Source: a virus (Duplodnaviria; Caudoviricetes). Taken from it: 38,358 nucleotides of DNA. A program made the translations under genes and the position numbers. Under the pieces are notes generated by a model, which had not been told where the DNA came from, ran no database searches, and was given only the letters and a program-made list of their open reading frames with translations. This document shows positions 1 through 7,881 of this stretch, piece after piece. The DNA lies in IMG/VR virus record IMGVR_UViG_3300049924_000319, positions 1 through 38,358 of that record. One strand, written 5' to 3'. Every line of letters starts with the position of its first letter. The first letter of the stretch is position 1.

Positions 1-202
1 GACAGTGCCCACAGCGCCTGACAATGTGCCGATGGCCACATGGCCGGTGTTCACGCGCGTCACTTGGTAATAGATCACTTGCGTATCAGGCGGCGCAAAC
101 AGCGCCAGTTCGTAAAGATCGGTAGACAAATTCCCTGATGGGAAGTTGGCGCCAAGATCAATGGGTGTCTGCGCCGCTGAGCCGCCATAATAGATCTTGA
201 GA
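1..202 (+). repeat. Terminal direct repeat, left copy (circularisation overlap)
   Basis: Identical to 38157-38358 except G117 versus A38273. Confidence 0.95.
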
Positions 203-918
203 TTGCTGCCAGCCGAACACCCAACGCCGACGATATTGGTGAGAGTTGCGGGATCAACGGATGTGGCAGCCGCTACAGCATTGCGCTTCCCAACGAACAT
301 GTGTGCGCCCGCCACCGTTGCGGCATCAGACGGCACAAAACGCACAACCGTGAAGAAGCCACCGATGCCGCCCGTGGCGCCAATGGTGAATTGCGATACT
401 GTGTTGTAATGCCCGCAGATAGCTGCAGCTGTTGCAGCGCTCACATAGCCAAAGCGGCGCGCCCGCGTGGCCATGTTTGTGGTGGCAACACTGCGCACTG
501 TCGCGGTGCCAAGGGCCGTGGGCGCGGTAAAGCCGTCAACACCTGGCACCGTGTTGGAGTTTCCGGCCGGGTTCCAGCGGCCGACTTTGTTGGAAAACAA
601 GCCAGGCTGCAGTGATACATCAAGCCCGCTTGGTCCCATGAAGCGCGGCAACATGCGGTTGGCCTTGCGGCCGGCAAACAGGTTCAGCACGTCAGCAGCT
701 GGCGTTCCAGGCGTGGCCGCATAGGGCAGCAACAGTTCTCCGGCGTCTGACAGCAATGCGCCGCTGCTCTGGATCAGCTTGCCGGTTGTCGTGTCAAAGC
801 GCGCAAGGGCATTGTCCACGGCAACAGCCGGTCCCACCACATCACCAGATCCGCCGCCGCCTGCTGCAAAGGCTGATGTTGCGCCTTTGACGATATCGGC
901 AAGGGCAGGAATGGCCAT
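1..918 (-). CDS. Putative fibre/receptor-binding protein, 5' part (continues across the junction to 38046; about 342 aa in total)
   Basis: ATG at 918 overlaps the upstream TAA (TAATG); open frame MAIPALADIVKG...DNALARFDTTTGKLIQ...; absent from the ORF track because it wraps. Confidence 0.8.
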   Translation of the reverse strand, partial: MAIPALADIVKGATSAFAAGGGGSGDVVGPAVAVDNALARFDTTTGKLIQSSGALLSDAGELLLPYAATPGTPAADVLNLFAGRKANRMLPRFMGPSGLDVSLQPGLFSNKVGRWNPAGNSNTVPGVDGFTAPTALGTATVRSVATTNMATRARRFGYVSAATAAAICGHYNTVSQFTIGATGGIGGFFTVVRFVPSDAATVAGAHMFVGKRNAVAAATSVDPATLTNIVGVGCSAGSNLKIYYGGSAAQTPIDLGANFPSGNLSTDLYELALFAPPDTQVIYYQVTRVNTGHVAIGTLSGAVGTV

Positions 919-1706
919 TAATACTGCACCACGCAGCGCAGCGCATTCAGCGCCACGGCACTTTCCGTGTTGATGCGCACCACGTTGGCGCTGAACCGGC
1001 TGATTTCCACCAGCACTTCCTTGCCATCCGACACGCGATAGACGCCCACCTGCACATCCGTGCTGTTGAAATTGTGGGTCAGGTCATATTGCGTGGCCGT
1101 GCCATCCCCGAAGGTGGCGGCAAAGCGCCGGAAGCGCGAGGCTTGCGTGGCGAGTTTCAGGGGCGTGACAAAACGCAGGTCATCGGTGCCGGTATCGGTT
1201 TCGGCCTGGGTGGCAATTTCGGCGATGCCTGCCGTGGTTTCCGTGGCGGATGGGGCTGATGTGCCAAAGCTGGCCCACACCACGTTGGAAGATCCCAGCG
1301 TGCCGTTCACGGTTGTCTGGCGGAAGGTGGCACCGGCACTGGTGCCTTCCTCAACCGTCACCACGGCTTGTTCCAGTTCGGGGAAGGTGGAGCTGTCGGC
1401 CGTGCGCGTCATGGCAACGGCGGCACCGTTCCAGATATAGATGCCATTTTCAGATTGCGTGGTTTGCGAGCGCACCAGCACGCGGTCATTTGCCACCATG
1501 GCAATGCCGTCAATGGTGGCACCCGGCGAGGCAAGACCAAGGTTTGCCTGTGTGGCCACGCGGGCGCTGTCCTTCCAGGCCAGGCCTTCCACGGCCGCAT
1601 CCACATAGGCGCGGGTGGCGGGTTCTTGGGCGGTTGCAGGATCCGGCAGGTTGAGGATCTTGGCAATGTTTTCGAAGTCGAGGCTGATTTTAACCGGGCG
1701 TGCCAT
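918..1706 (-). CDS. Fibre-like virion protein
   Basis: Motifs DPATAQEPATRAYVD and ATETTAGIAEIATQAETDTGTDDLRFVTPLKL resemble phage fibre repeats; AGGAG RBS. Confidence 0.7.
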   Translation of the reverse strand: MARPVKISLDFENIAKILNLPDPATAQEPATRAYVDAAVEGLAWKDSARVATQANLGLASPGATIDGIAMVANDRVLVRSQTTQSENGIYIWNGAAVAMTRTADSSTFPELEQAVVTVEEGTSAGATFRQTTVNGTLGSSNVVWASFGTSAPSATETTAGIAEIATQAETDTGTDDLRFVTPLKLATQASRFRRFAATFGDGTATQYDLTHNFNSTDVQVGVYRVSDGKEVLVEISRFSANVVRINTESAVALNALRCVVQY

Positions 1707-1715
1707 GTGTGTCTC

Positions 1716-2114
1716 CTATTGTGCGCGCAGAAAGCCCGCCATGGGCGTGTCGAAATAGACCATCAGCTGGTTGAGGCTGGTATGCACCACATGCGCCTCA
1801 ACCTCCTGGCCGCCCGTGTCGTAAACCGTGGTCACCAGGCGCGTGCCCCGGTTGTGATTGACGGTCCAGGGATTGGCTGGCGTGGACTGGGTAAATTCAT
1901 AGGCCGCACTGGATCCCGGCAGGCCTTGCGGACCTGGCACGCCTTCGGCAAATTCAATGATGATGCCGGGCGCTTCCATCAACAGCACATCAACGGGCGC
2001 CGGATCCTGGGCATACAGCTGCACATTGGCGGGCACGCCATCCAGTGTCAGGTCCACCAGGGCCACAGCCAGTTCCAGCGGCTGCGCCGCCTGTATGGAA
2101 ATGCTGCCGGTCAA
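1716..2114 (-). CDS. Small structural/fibre-associated protein
   Basis: Short collagen-like GVPGPQGLPG, WTVNHN motif, coupled to neighbouring genes. Confidence 0.6.
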   Translation of the reverse strand: MTGSISIQAAQPLELAVALVDLTLDGVPANVQLYAQDPAPVDVLLMEAPGIIIEFAEGVPGPQGLPGSSAAYEFTQSTPANPWTVNHNRGTRLVTTVYDTGGQEVEAHVVHTSLNQLMVYFDTPMAGFLRAQ

Positions 2115-2437
2115 CGGCTCACCTCAAAGGCAAGTGATCCGCGCGCCGCCAGCGTGCCATCGGCATTGCGGATGGAGAGATAGCCCGTCGGCTTGGCACC
2201 GGCCGCATAGGCATTGGCTTCGGTGAGCGTGATATTGATCAGAAAGCGTCCCGCTGTGGCCAGGTCCAGCGTCACGCCAGAGCCGCTGATTTTCAGCAAT
2301 TCACTGGTGCCATCCACCAGCACAAAGCGGATGGTCTTGCCTGACAGGTCAAGCCCGGTGCCATTCGGATTGCGCACCGTCAACGGAATGTTTTGTGTCT
2401 CGCCGCGAATGATGGGGATGGCAGGCGTTGTGGTCAT
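2111..2437 (-). CDS. BppU-like Ig-fold adaptor protein
   Basis: IIRGETQNIPLTVRNPNGTGLDLSG pattern; ATGA overlaps. Confidence 0.55.
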   Translation of the reverse strand: MTTTPAIPIIRGETQNIPLTVRNPNGTGLDLSGKTIRFVLVDGTSELLKISGSGVTLDLATAGRFLINITLTEANAYAAGAKPTGYLSIRNADGTLAARGSLAFEVSR

Positions 2438-2784
2438 CCGCGTGTCCTCTTGTTGGTCTGGCCCATGAACACTTTGACGGCTTCCGAGATCTCGGCGCGC
2501 AAGCCATGGATCTCCGATACCACTTCCCCCACGCGCGCCAGCACGCGCTCTTCCACATCGCGGATATAGCCGTTGCGGGCATATTCCTTGGCCACCTCGG
2601 TCTTGAAGCTGCGCAAGTCGGCATCGACGGATTTCAGTTCCTTGCGTATGTCGGAAATATCGGCATCAACTTCCGTCTTGACGGCCTTGATCGCCTGCTC
2701 GATGCGCCACCACAGCGCACCCACGGCCGTCACAAGCCCCAGCAATGTCGTCAGGTCGGCAATGGTCAGGGCCTGCTCGTTCAT
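2434..2784 (-). CDS. Membrane-anchored coiled-coil protein (lysis-cassette associated)
   Basis: Start MNEQALT at an ATGA overlap; N-terminal TM segment followed by coiled coil. Confidence 0.6.
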   Translation of the reverse strand: MNEQALTIADLTTLLGLVTAVGALWWRIEQAIKAVKTEVDADISDIRKELKSVDADLRSFKTEVAKEYARNGYIRDVEERVLARVGEVVSEIHGLRAEISEAVKVFMGQTNKRTRG

Positions 2785-3152
2785 TTCTTCCATCCCGCCG
2801 CGATCGACATGCCACTGCCGCCAATGAACATGGCCCCCACAATCATGCCGGCCCATTCATCGAGCGGCTTGGGCAGCGCCGCCACGCTCCAGGTCTGCGG
2901 GAAAGCACAGGTGGAACACCACAGCACCGAATAGATGCAGACTGAGGAGAACCACACACCCAGCGGCACGATGAAGAACAGCGGAAACCACCAGCCAGGC
3001 CCGGTCAACACCGAAACCTTGGCAGCGGTGAAGGCCTTGACGGTATCAGCCTTGATGCGCTCGCGCTCGGTCGCATTGTCCATCGAATTGTCGACGGACT
3101 TCAAGATGCGGTCCAGCGGATTGCCGAGCAGCAGGGACAAAAGCCACTGCAT
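2781..3152 (-). CDS. Holin-like membrane protein
   Basis: Hydrophobic helices; located downstream of the endolysin. Confidence 0.6.
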   Translation of the reverse strand: MQWLLSLLLGNPLDRILKSVDNSMDNATERERIKADTVKAFTAAKVSVLTGPGWWFPLFFIVPLGVWFSSVCIYSVLWCSTCAFPQTWSVAALPKPLDEWAGMIVGAMFIGGSGMSIAAGWKK

Positions 3153-3154
3153 GA

Positions 3155-3430
3155 TCAGGGGCTTCCCACGGCTTTTTTGGCGCCCAGCAGCCGGATGATC
3201 TTGTTGCCAACGGCAACCGCAAACAGCACGGCGGCCGCCGTCTTGGCTTCAATCACCGTGGCCCAGGGCAGCGAGCCGATGGCATCCAGGATTTCACCGG
3301 CAAACACCGGAATGGACACCACCAGATTGGCAACAATCGTGCCGTAGGTTGGCCAGAAGCGCTTCACCAGAAAATAAATCACCAGCATGATGATCAGCAC
3401 CAGCGCGGCCGTGAGAAGGAATTGCATCAT
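3155..3430 (-). CDS. Holin-like membrane protein
   Basis: Three hydrophobic segments, basic C-terminus, AGGAG RBS before ATG 3430. Confidence 0.6.
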   Translation of the reverse strand: MMQFLLTAALVLIIMLVIYFLVKRFWPTYGTIVANLVVSIPVFAGEILDAIGSLPWATVIEAKTAAAVLFAVAVGNKIIRLLGAKKAVGSP

Positions 3431-3440
3431 GAATAGTCTC

Positions 3441-4211
3441 CTATGGGTTGTTTTGTCGGACAATGAAAATCACCACGCCCAGGATGATGACAGTCACCAT
3501 GCCGGCCAAAATCCACTTGGCATCAAAGCCCGCCGCCAGCAGCGCGCCGCCCGTGGCCACAGTGCCACCCGCCGTGGCACCGGCCGTGCCGGAACCCACG
3601 GGCTTGATCTCTTGTGCTGCAGGCGCTGCCGTTTCCTGCTGCGCCACCACGTCTGGTGCCTTGCGCCGTTGATCCAGACACCGCGCCAGCGCGGTGCGGA
3701 TCTGCGCCACATCCACCTTGCGCACCTTGCCGGGATACTTGTCATACACATCTATGGTCTTGACGGGCGGATAAGCCTGCTGGCTGATCAGCGTGGCTTC
3801 TTCCAGGCGGCGGGTTTCCAGTCCCTTCACCACCTTGCCATTGTCCTTCTTGTAGGATTTCAGCACGCGCAAGGCGCCCGTCACATCACCGGCATTCCAC
3901 CTGTCATCCACCGTGCCCTTGTCAATGGCGCCGGTGTTGAAATCGAAACTCACCAGCGCATCGAAGCTTTCCTGGTTCAGCGGCGTGCGGATGGCCTTGC
4001 CCACCCGCCGTTCAAACTTTTCCAGATCCTTGATGAACAGCGCCAGGGCGCGATCCAGCGAAATTGTCAGCCCGCGCACCGGAATGGGTTCACCGGCCGT
4101 GGCGGTGTGGCCAGCGCCAATCGTCAACACGCCACCCCTGTCCTTGTAAGTGGACAGCACAATGGCCTCGTGCTTGAGAATGGCAATCATGCCGTCAACA
4201 GAGGTTCTCAC
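3441..4211 (-). CDS. Endolysin, GH24 lysozyme with C-terminal hydrophobic tail
   Basis: HEAIVLSTYKDRGGVLTIGAGHT (E-x8-D-x5-T), FDALVSFDFNTG, GLETRRLEE; GTG start in a GTGA overlap. Confidence 0.9.
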   Translation of the reverse strand: MRTSVDGMIAILKHEAIVLSTYKDRGGVLTIGAGHTATAGEPIPVRGLTISLDRALALFIKDLEKFERRVGKAIRTPLNQESFDALVSFDFNTGAIDKGTVDDRWNAGDVTGALRVLKSYKKDNGKVVKGLETRRLEEATLISQQAYPPVKTIDVYDKYPGKVRKVDVAQIRTALARCLDQRRKAPDVVAQQETAAPAAQEIKPVGSGTAGATAGGTVATGGALLAAGFDAKWILAGMVTVIILGVVIFIVRQNNP

Positions 4212-5302
4212 TGTTTGATTTCCTTCACACAGATCCACGATTTGGGAATAGTTCCATATTTGCGCGCCGCCGTTTTGCCATTGACCGTCAAGGTCAGCGC
4301 CGATGCAGCGCCGGCCCGCACGCGGAAGGTGATGGGATTGATGGCGGTCACAACAAAATGCGCAAGAAACGGCGTGCTGTCGTTGTTGGAACCCGCGTCA
4401 TAATATCCCGCACTGCTGGCGGCCAGCGCATCCACCACGGCATCACGGAAAATCGCCACGGTGATGAGATCGTTGCTGGACAGCTGCATGCTGATCAGGC
4501 CTGAAATTTCCAGCACAGACCCCACATATTTGGGCGTATAGACCACCGTCATGAATTCGGCACCTTCGGTGATCTGCGGAATGGTGTCATCATAGGGAAT
4601 GGTGGCAGTGGTGGAGGACGCGGCCGAAAACGCCGCATAGGCATAGCCAACCTGGCCACCCGTGTTCACGGCATTCACCAGCGTCTTGTCGGCCGCACTC
4701 AAAAATCCGTCCACGGAGGGCGTGGCCACCGCATGGCCGTGGCCGGTGAAGGTGGCAAGCGGCGTCAGCGCTGCCAGCTGTGCGGCAAGCCCGGTGATCT
4801 CGCCAATGGTGTGGCCATGGGCGGGATAGGTGAGGCCCAGCAAATCATTCCATGTGGCGCTGCCGGTCTGCCGCCATTGAATGCCGCCCAGGATCGGCGC
4901 CACGCGCAATTCAATGGGCGCCACCTGCTGGGTGGCAATCAGGTGGCGCGTCACATCACGGCGCAATTCGGCCGCCATGCGGTGCAACAGGTTCAGGTCG
5001 GCATCAATCTGGTCACCTGATGGCACTTGGTCCGGATCATAGTCGGACAGCCGGTCGAGGCTGGTGTAGCCTTCAATCTCGTACACATCACCGGCCAGCG
5101 CTGCGGCCGTCAGCGTCACGGTGCCGCCGCCATCATTGTCAAAGCCAGCGGCGTTATAGTCGGTCAGCAGCACCAGCGGCGTGATCACACTGGCGCGCGT
5201 GCGCGTCACCTTCACTTCATCAGCCGCCTGGATGAGGAAGTCGAACGCCAGCGCGGTTTGCCCGGCTGTGGTGGTTATGGAAATGTAACGGTCGTTTGCC
5301 AT
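4208..5302 (-). CDS. Tail fibre protein (podovirus-type N-terminal attachment domain)
   Basis: N-terminus resembles T7-type fibre anchor (FDFLI...DY..AG...GGTVTL...LDRLSDY); HxH fibre motifs. Confidence 0.75.
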   Translation of the reverse strand: MANDRYISITTTAGQTALAFDFLIQAADEVKVTRTRASVITPLVLLTDYNAAGFDNDGGGTVTLTAAALAGDVYEIEGYTSLDRLSDYDPDQVPSGDQIDADLNLLHRMAAELRRDVTRHLIATQQVAPIELRVAPILGGIQWRQTGSATWNDLLGLTYPAHGHTIGEITGLAAQLAALTPLATFTGHGHAVATPSVDGFLSAADKTLVNAVNTGGQVGYAYAAFSAASSTTATIPYDDTIPQITEGAEFMTVVYTPKYVGSVLEISGLISMQLSSNDLITVAIFRDAVVDALAASSAGYYDAGSNNDSTPFLAHFVVTAINPITFRVRAGAASALTLTVNGKTAARKYGTIPKSWICVKEIKQ

Positions 5303-5308
5303 GGCGGC

Positions 5309-5342
5309 AACTTAAGCGCCACGGCCAGTCTGTTCCGACAAA
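5309..5342 (-). promoter_or_regulatory. Putative late promoter copy 1 (TTTGTCGGAACA-N16-TAAGTT)
   Basis: One of four identical 12-mers, each with a TAnnnT hexamer 16 bp downstream. Confidence 0.75.
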
Positions 5343-5345
5343 GAC

Positions 5346-7871
5346 CTAGCGGGCAGCGGCCGCCAGATCAGGCGCGCGGGCGGGCCGCAAATCGCCGGGT
5401 TGCCACCAGTAGTCCTGGCCGGTTTCGCGCTTCCACCATTGCCGCTTGGCCTTGAAGGCGGCATTGGCCTTGGGATCCACCAGATATTGCAGCTGGTCGA
5501 GGAAAATCCGTTCATAGGCCAGCTTGCCATACCACAGGCTGCCGCCCGGTGTGTTGGATCCAATGGCCTTCACCAGTTCACGGCCGAAATGGGTGTCCTT
5601 GCCCTGCAGCACTTCAATGCTGTTGCCGCCTGTCAGCGTCCACAAGTCCCACAGGTGTTGCACCATGGGGCCTGACAGGGTGCTGGGCAGGCCGCCGCCA
5701 TAGCGGTTCACATCCGAAAACAGGAAGTCGCCAAATATGCCAAGGCCGCCGCCCTGCAGCACGGCCGCGCCCCAGAACCTGCGGTCATTCATGCTGCGCG
5801 GATCACGTCCCGCCGCCACCTGTTTCAACTGTATCGACAAGGCACCGAACAGCGTGGTGGAGAGCAGCAGGCCACCGGCATATTTCGCCCCTCTGGCTTT
5901 CAGTGCGCCATCACCGGAGGCGATCAGCGGCATCACGCGCATCACGTTCAGCATCAGGAATGTGGTGGGGAAACTTTTGAACATGGATCCCGAACGGCTG
6001 ATTTCGCCCCACAGCGTGCCGCGCTTGTCGGCCGACTTGATGAACACGCTCGAGCGTGTCGATCCCGTGGGCACCGCATATTCCATTTCACCATTGATCA
6101 TGCCGAGATATTGATTGGCCAGCGTCTGGTCAATCGCGGCAATGTCTCGCGCCCGCACCAGCGGCAGGCCACCGGCATCATGCACGGGCACGCGGCGCAG
6201 TGTGTCCCAGTCATCTGATGAAAATCCCCAGCGGCTGAAGGTCTGCCGCCAGGCCGGGTCCAGATCCTGAAAGGCAATCTCCCTGGTGCGCGCCACGTGC
6301 CGCATGAAGTCAAGCCCGAAGGCATGGCGCCCGGCTTGCGTCCACGGCGTGAGGCCGCTCCACGTCAACACACGGTCAGCCAGATACTGGCTCCACTCCG
6401 GCCCTGAGAAGGTGCCCACATAGCGCGCCTGCTGGTGAAAGCTGTGCATGGCGGCATCCAGCACCAGGTCAGCCTCAACCGCTTCACGCTTGCCCAGCGT
6501 GGTGAAGCCATGGGCAATGCTCTGCACCAGATTGGCGGAGGGTATGCCCGCATGGTTGCGCGCCAGGATCTGCGTGCCCACGTCTGACACGGATGACAGC
6601 GTGGCAGCACCCATGACGGTTGACACAATGAAATTGCGCGTGGCGGCAAAGGTATCGGCAATCCAGCTGTTGACGGGCGTTTCCAGTTCACCCCGCATCG
6701 AGGCCCACATGCGTTCCAGCACGTCAATCTTGGTGCGGGCATAGTCAAGCCCTGCAGCACCATCATGCGGCAGCAGGTGCGGCTTGCCGCTGGCGGCCTT
6801 CTGGCCTTCCTTTTCGATCAGCTGCTTCATCCATTCAAGGGTGCCAGTGGGATTGGGCCCCAGGATCTGCATGGCGGCAATGTCGCGGCTCATGCGGTTC
6901 ACATAAGCCATCATGGCGGCAAAGGCATCGCCTTCGCCAAACGCCTGCTGATAGGCGCGCCAGCTGGCCCCATCCTTGAACACCAGAAAACGGTGTTCGG
7001 CATTCTGGTTGGCCAGTGCCCCCATGCCAAAGCGCTGGCGTGAGGCTTCGCGGCTGGCCCAGCCTTCCTGTGTCACGGCATCAAACACATGCTCCAGCAC
7101 CTGGTCCAGGTCTTCCGGTGTCACCCTGTTGCCGGTGAGCGGATGCACCATGCGGTTGCTGTCCAGCAAGGGTGCAATGGTTTTCTTCCACACGGCACGC
7201 CCGGCATTGCGCAGGGCTTCGGCACTGTGCAGCTGGGGCAGGCCCCAGTTGTCCAGCTTGGCAATATGGCCCCCCGCATCATTATACAGGCGGCGCAGCC
7301 ACTCGGCGGTTTCGGCCCAGGCCTGCGCCAGTCCCTTGGCGGCCTCATCGCCCGTGCCATGGCCAAAGGCCTCATCCACCACATTGTCAAGTCTGGCCTT
7401 GCCATGGCGGAACTTGTCACCGCCAACAGCCGAACGGCGGAACTCATGCAGCAAGCCTTCCATGCGGCCATGCGCCTGGCCCACCAGCGCCATCTTCAAG
7501 CCCTGCACGTTTTGAAAGCTGGCATTGCCCTGGTGTTCCAGTGTGCGGATGGCGGCCTCGGCAATGTCGGCCGTGGTCTTGCCTGCAATCTGCACGCCAT
7601 CGCGTGTCAGCCGGGCGGCGCGAAACTCTTTCAGGTCTTTCCAGCGCGCCAGGCTGGCCTTCAGCGTCAACAGGTGCTGGCGCTTGGCTTCCTGGCCTTC
7701 CGCCTCGATCATTTTCGCCAGGGCTTCACGCGCCGCATGCGGGGCTGATGCAGCGCCGTCCTGGGCGTGCTGGCGCAACAGGCTGTCATACAGGCCTTTC
7801 AGGCGTGCGGCGTCCTGATCGGTGATTTCTTTCTGGTCGAGCGCGCTTTTGATGCAGTCGGCAAAGGCCAT
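5346..7871 (-). CDS. Internal virion/DNA-ejection protein
   Basis: 841 aa, helical, Gly-rich hydrophobic C-terminal part; last of the ejection-gene cluster as in BPP-1/epsilon15-like phages. Confidence 0.7.
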   Translation of the reverse strand: MAFADCIKSALDQKEITDQDAARLKGLYDSLLRQHAQDGAASAPHAAREALAKMIEAEGQEAKRQHLLTLKASLARWKDLKEFRAARLTRDGVQIAGKTTADIAEAAIRTLEHQGNASFQNVQGLKMALVGQAHGRMEGLLHEFRRSAVGGDKFRHGKARLDNVVDEAFGHGTGDEAAKGLAQAWAETAEWLRRLYNDAGGHIAKLDNWGLPQLHSAEALRNAGRAVWKKTIAPLLDSNRMVHPLTGNRVTPEDLDQVLEHVFDAVTQEGWASREASRQRFGMGALANQNAEHRFLVFKDGASWRAYQQAFGEGDAFAAMMAYVNRMSRDIAAMQILGPNPTGTLEWMKQLIEKEGQKAASGKPHLLPHDGAAGLDYARTKIDVLERMWASMRGELETPVNSWIADTFAATRNFIVSTVMGAATLSSVSDVGTQILARNHAGIPSANLVQSIAHGFTTLGKREAVEADLVLDAAMHSFHQQARYVGTFSGPEWSQYLADRVLTWSGLTPWTQAGRHAFGLDFMRHVARTREIAFQDLDPAWRQTFSRWGFSSDDWDTLRRVPVHDAGGLPLVRARDIAAIDQTLANQYLGMINGEMEYAVPTGSTRSSVFIKSADKRGTLWGEISRSGSMFKSFPTTFLMLNVMRVMPLIASGDGALKARGAKYAGGLLLSTTLFGALSIQLKQVAAGRDPRSMNDRRFWGAAVLQGGGLGIFGDFLFSDVNRYGGGLPSTLSGPMVQHLWDLWTLTGGNSIEVLQGKDTHFGRELVKAIGSNTPGGSLWYGKLAYERIFLDQLQYLVDPKANAAFKAKRQWWKRETGQDYWWQPGDLRPARAPDLAAAAR

Positions 7872-7881
7872 GGGTTTTTCC

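Noticed and set aside
3452-3462. Fifth late-promoter copy (TTTGTCGGACA)
   Set aside because: One base is missing, it is on the opposite strand, and no TAnnnT lies at the conserved spacing.
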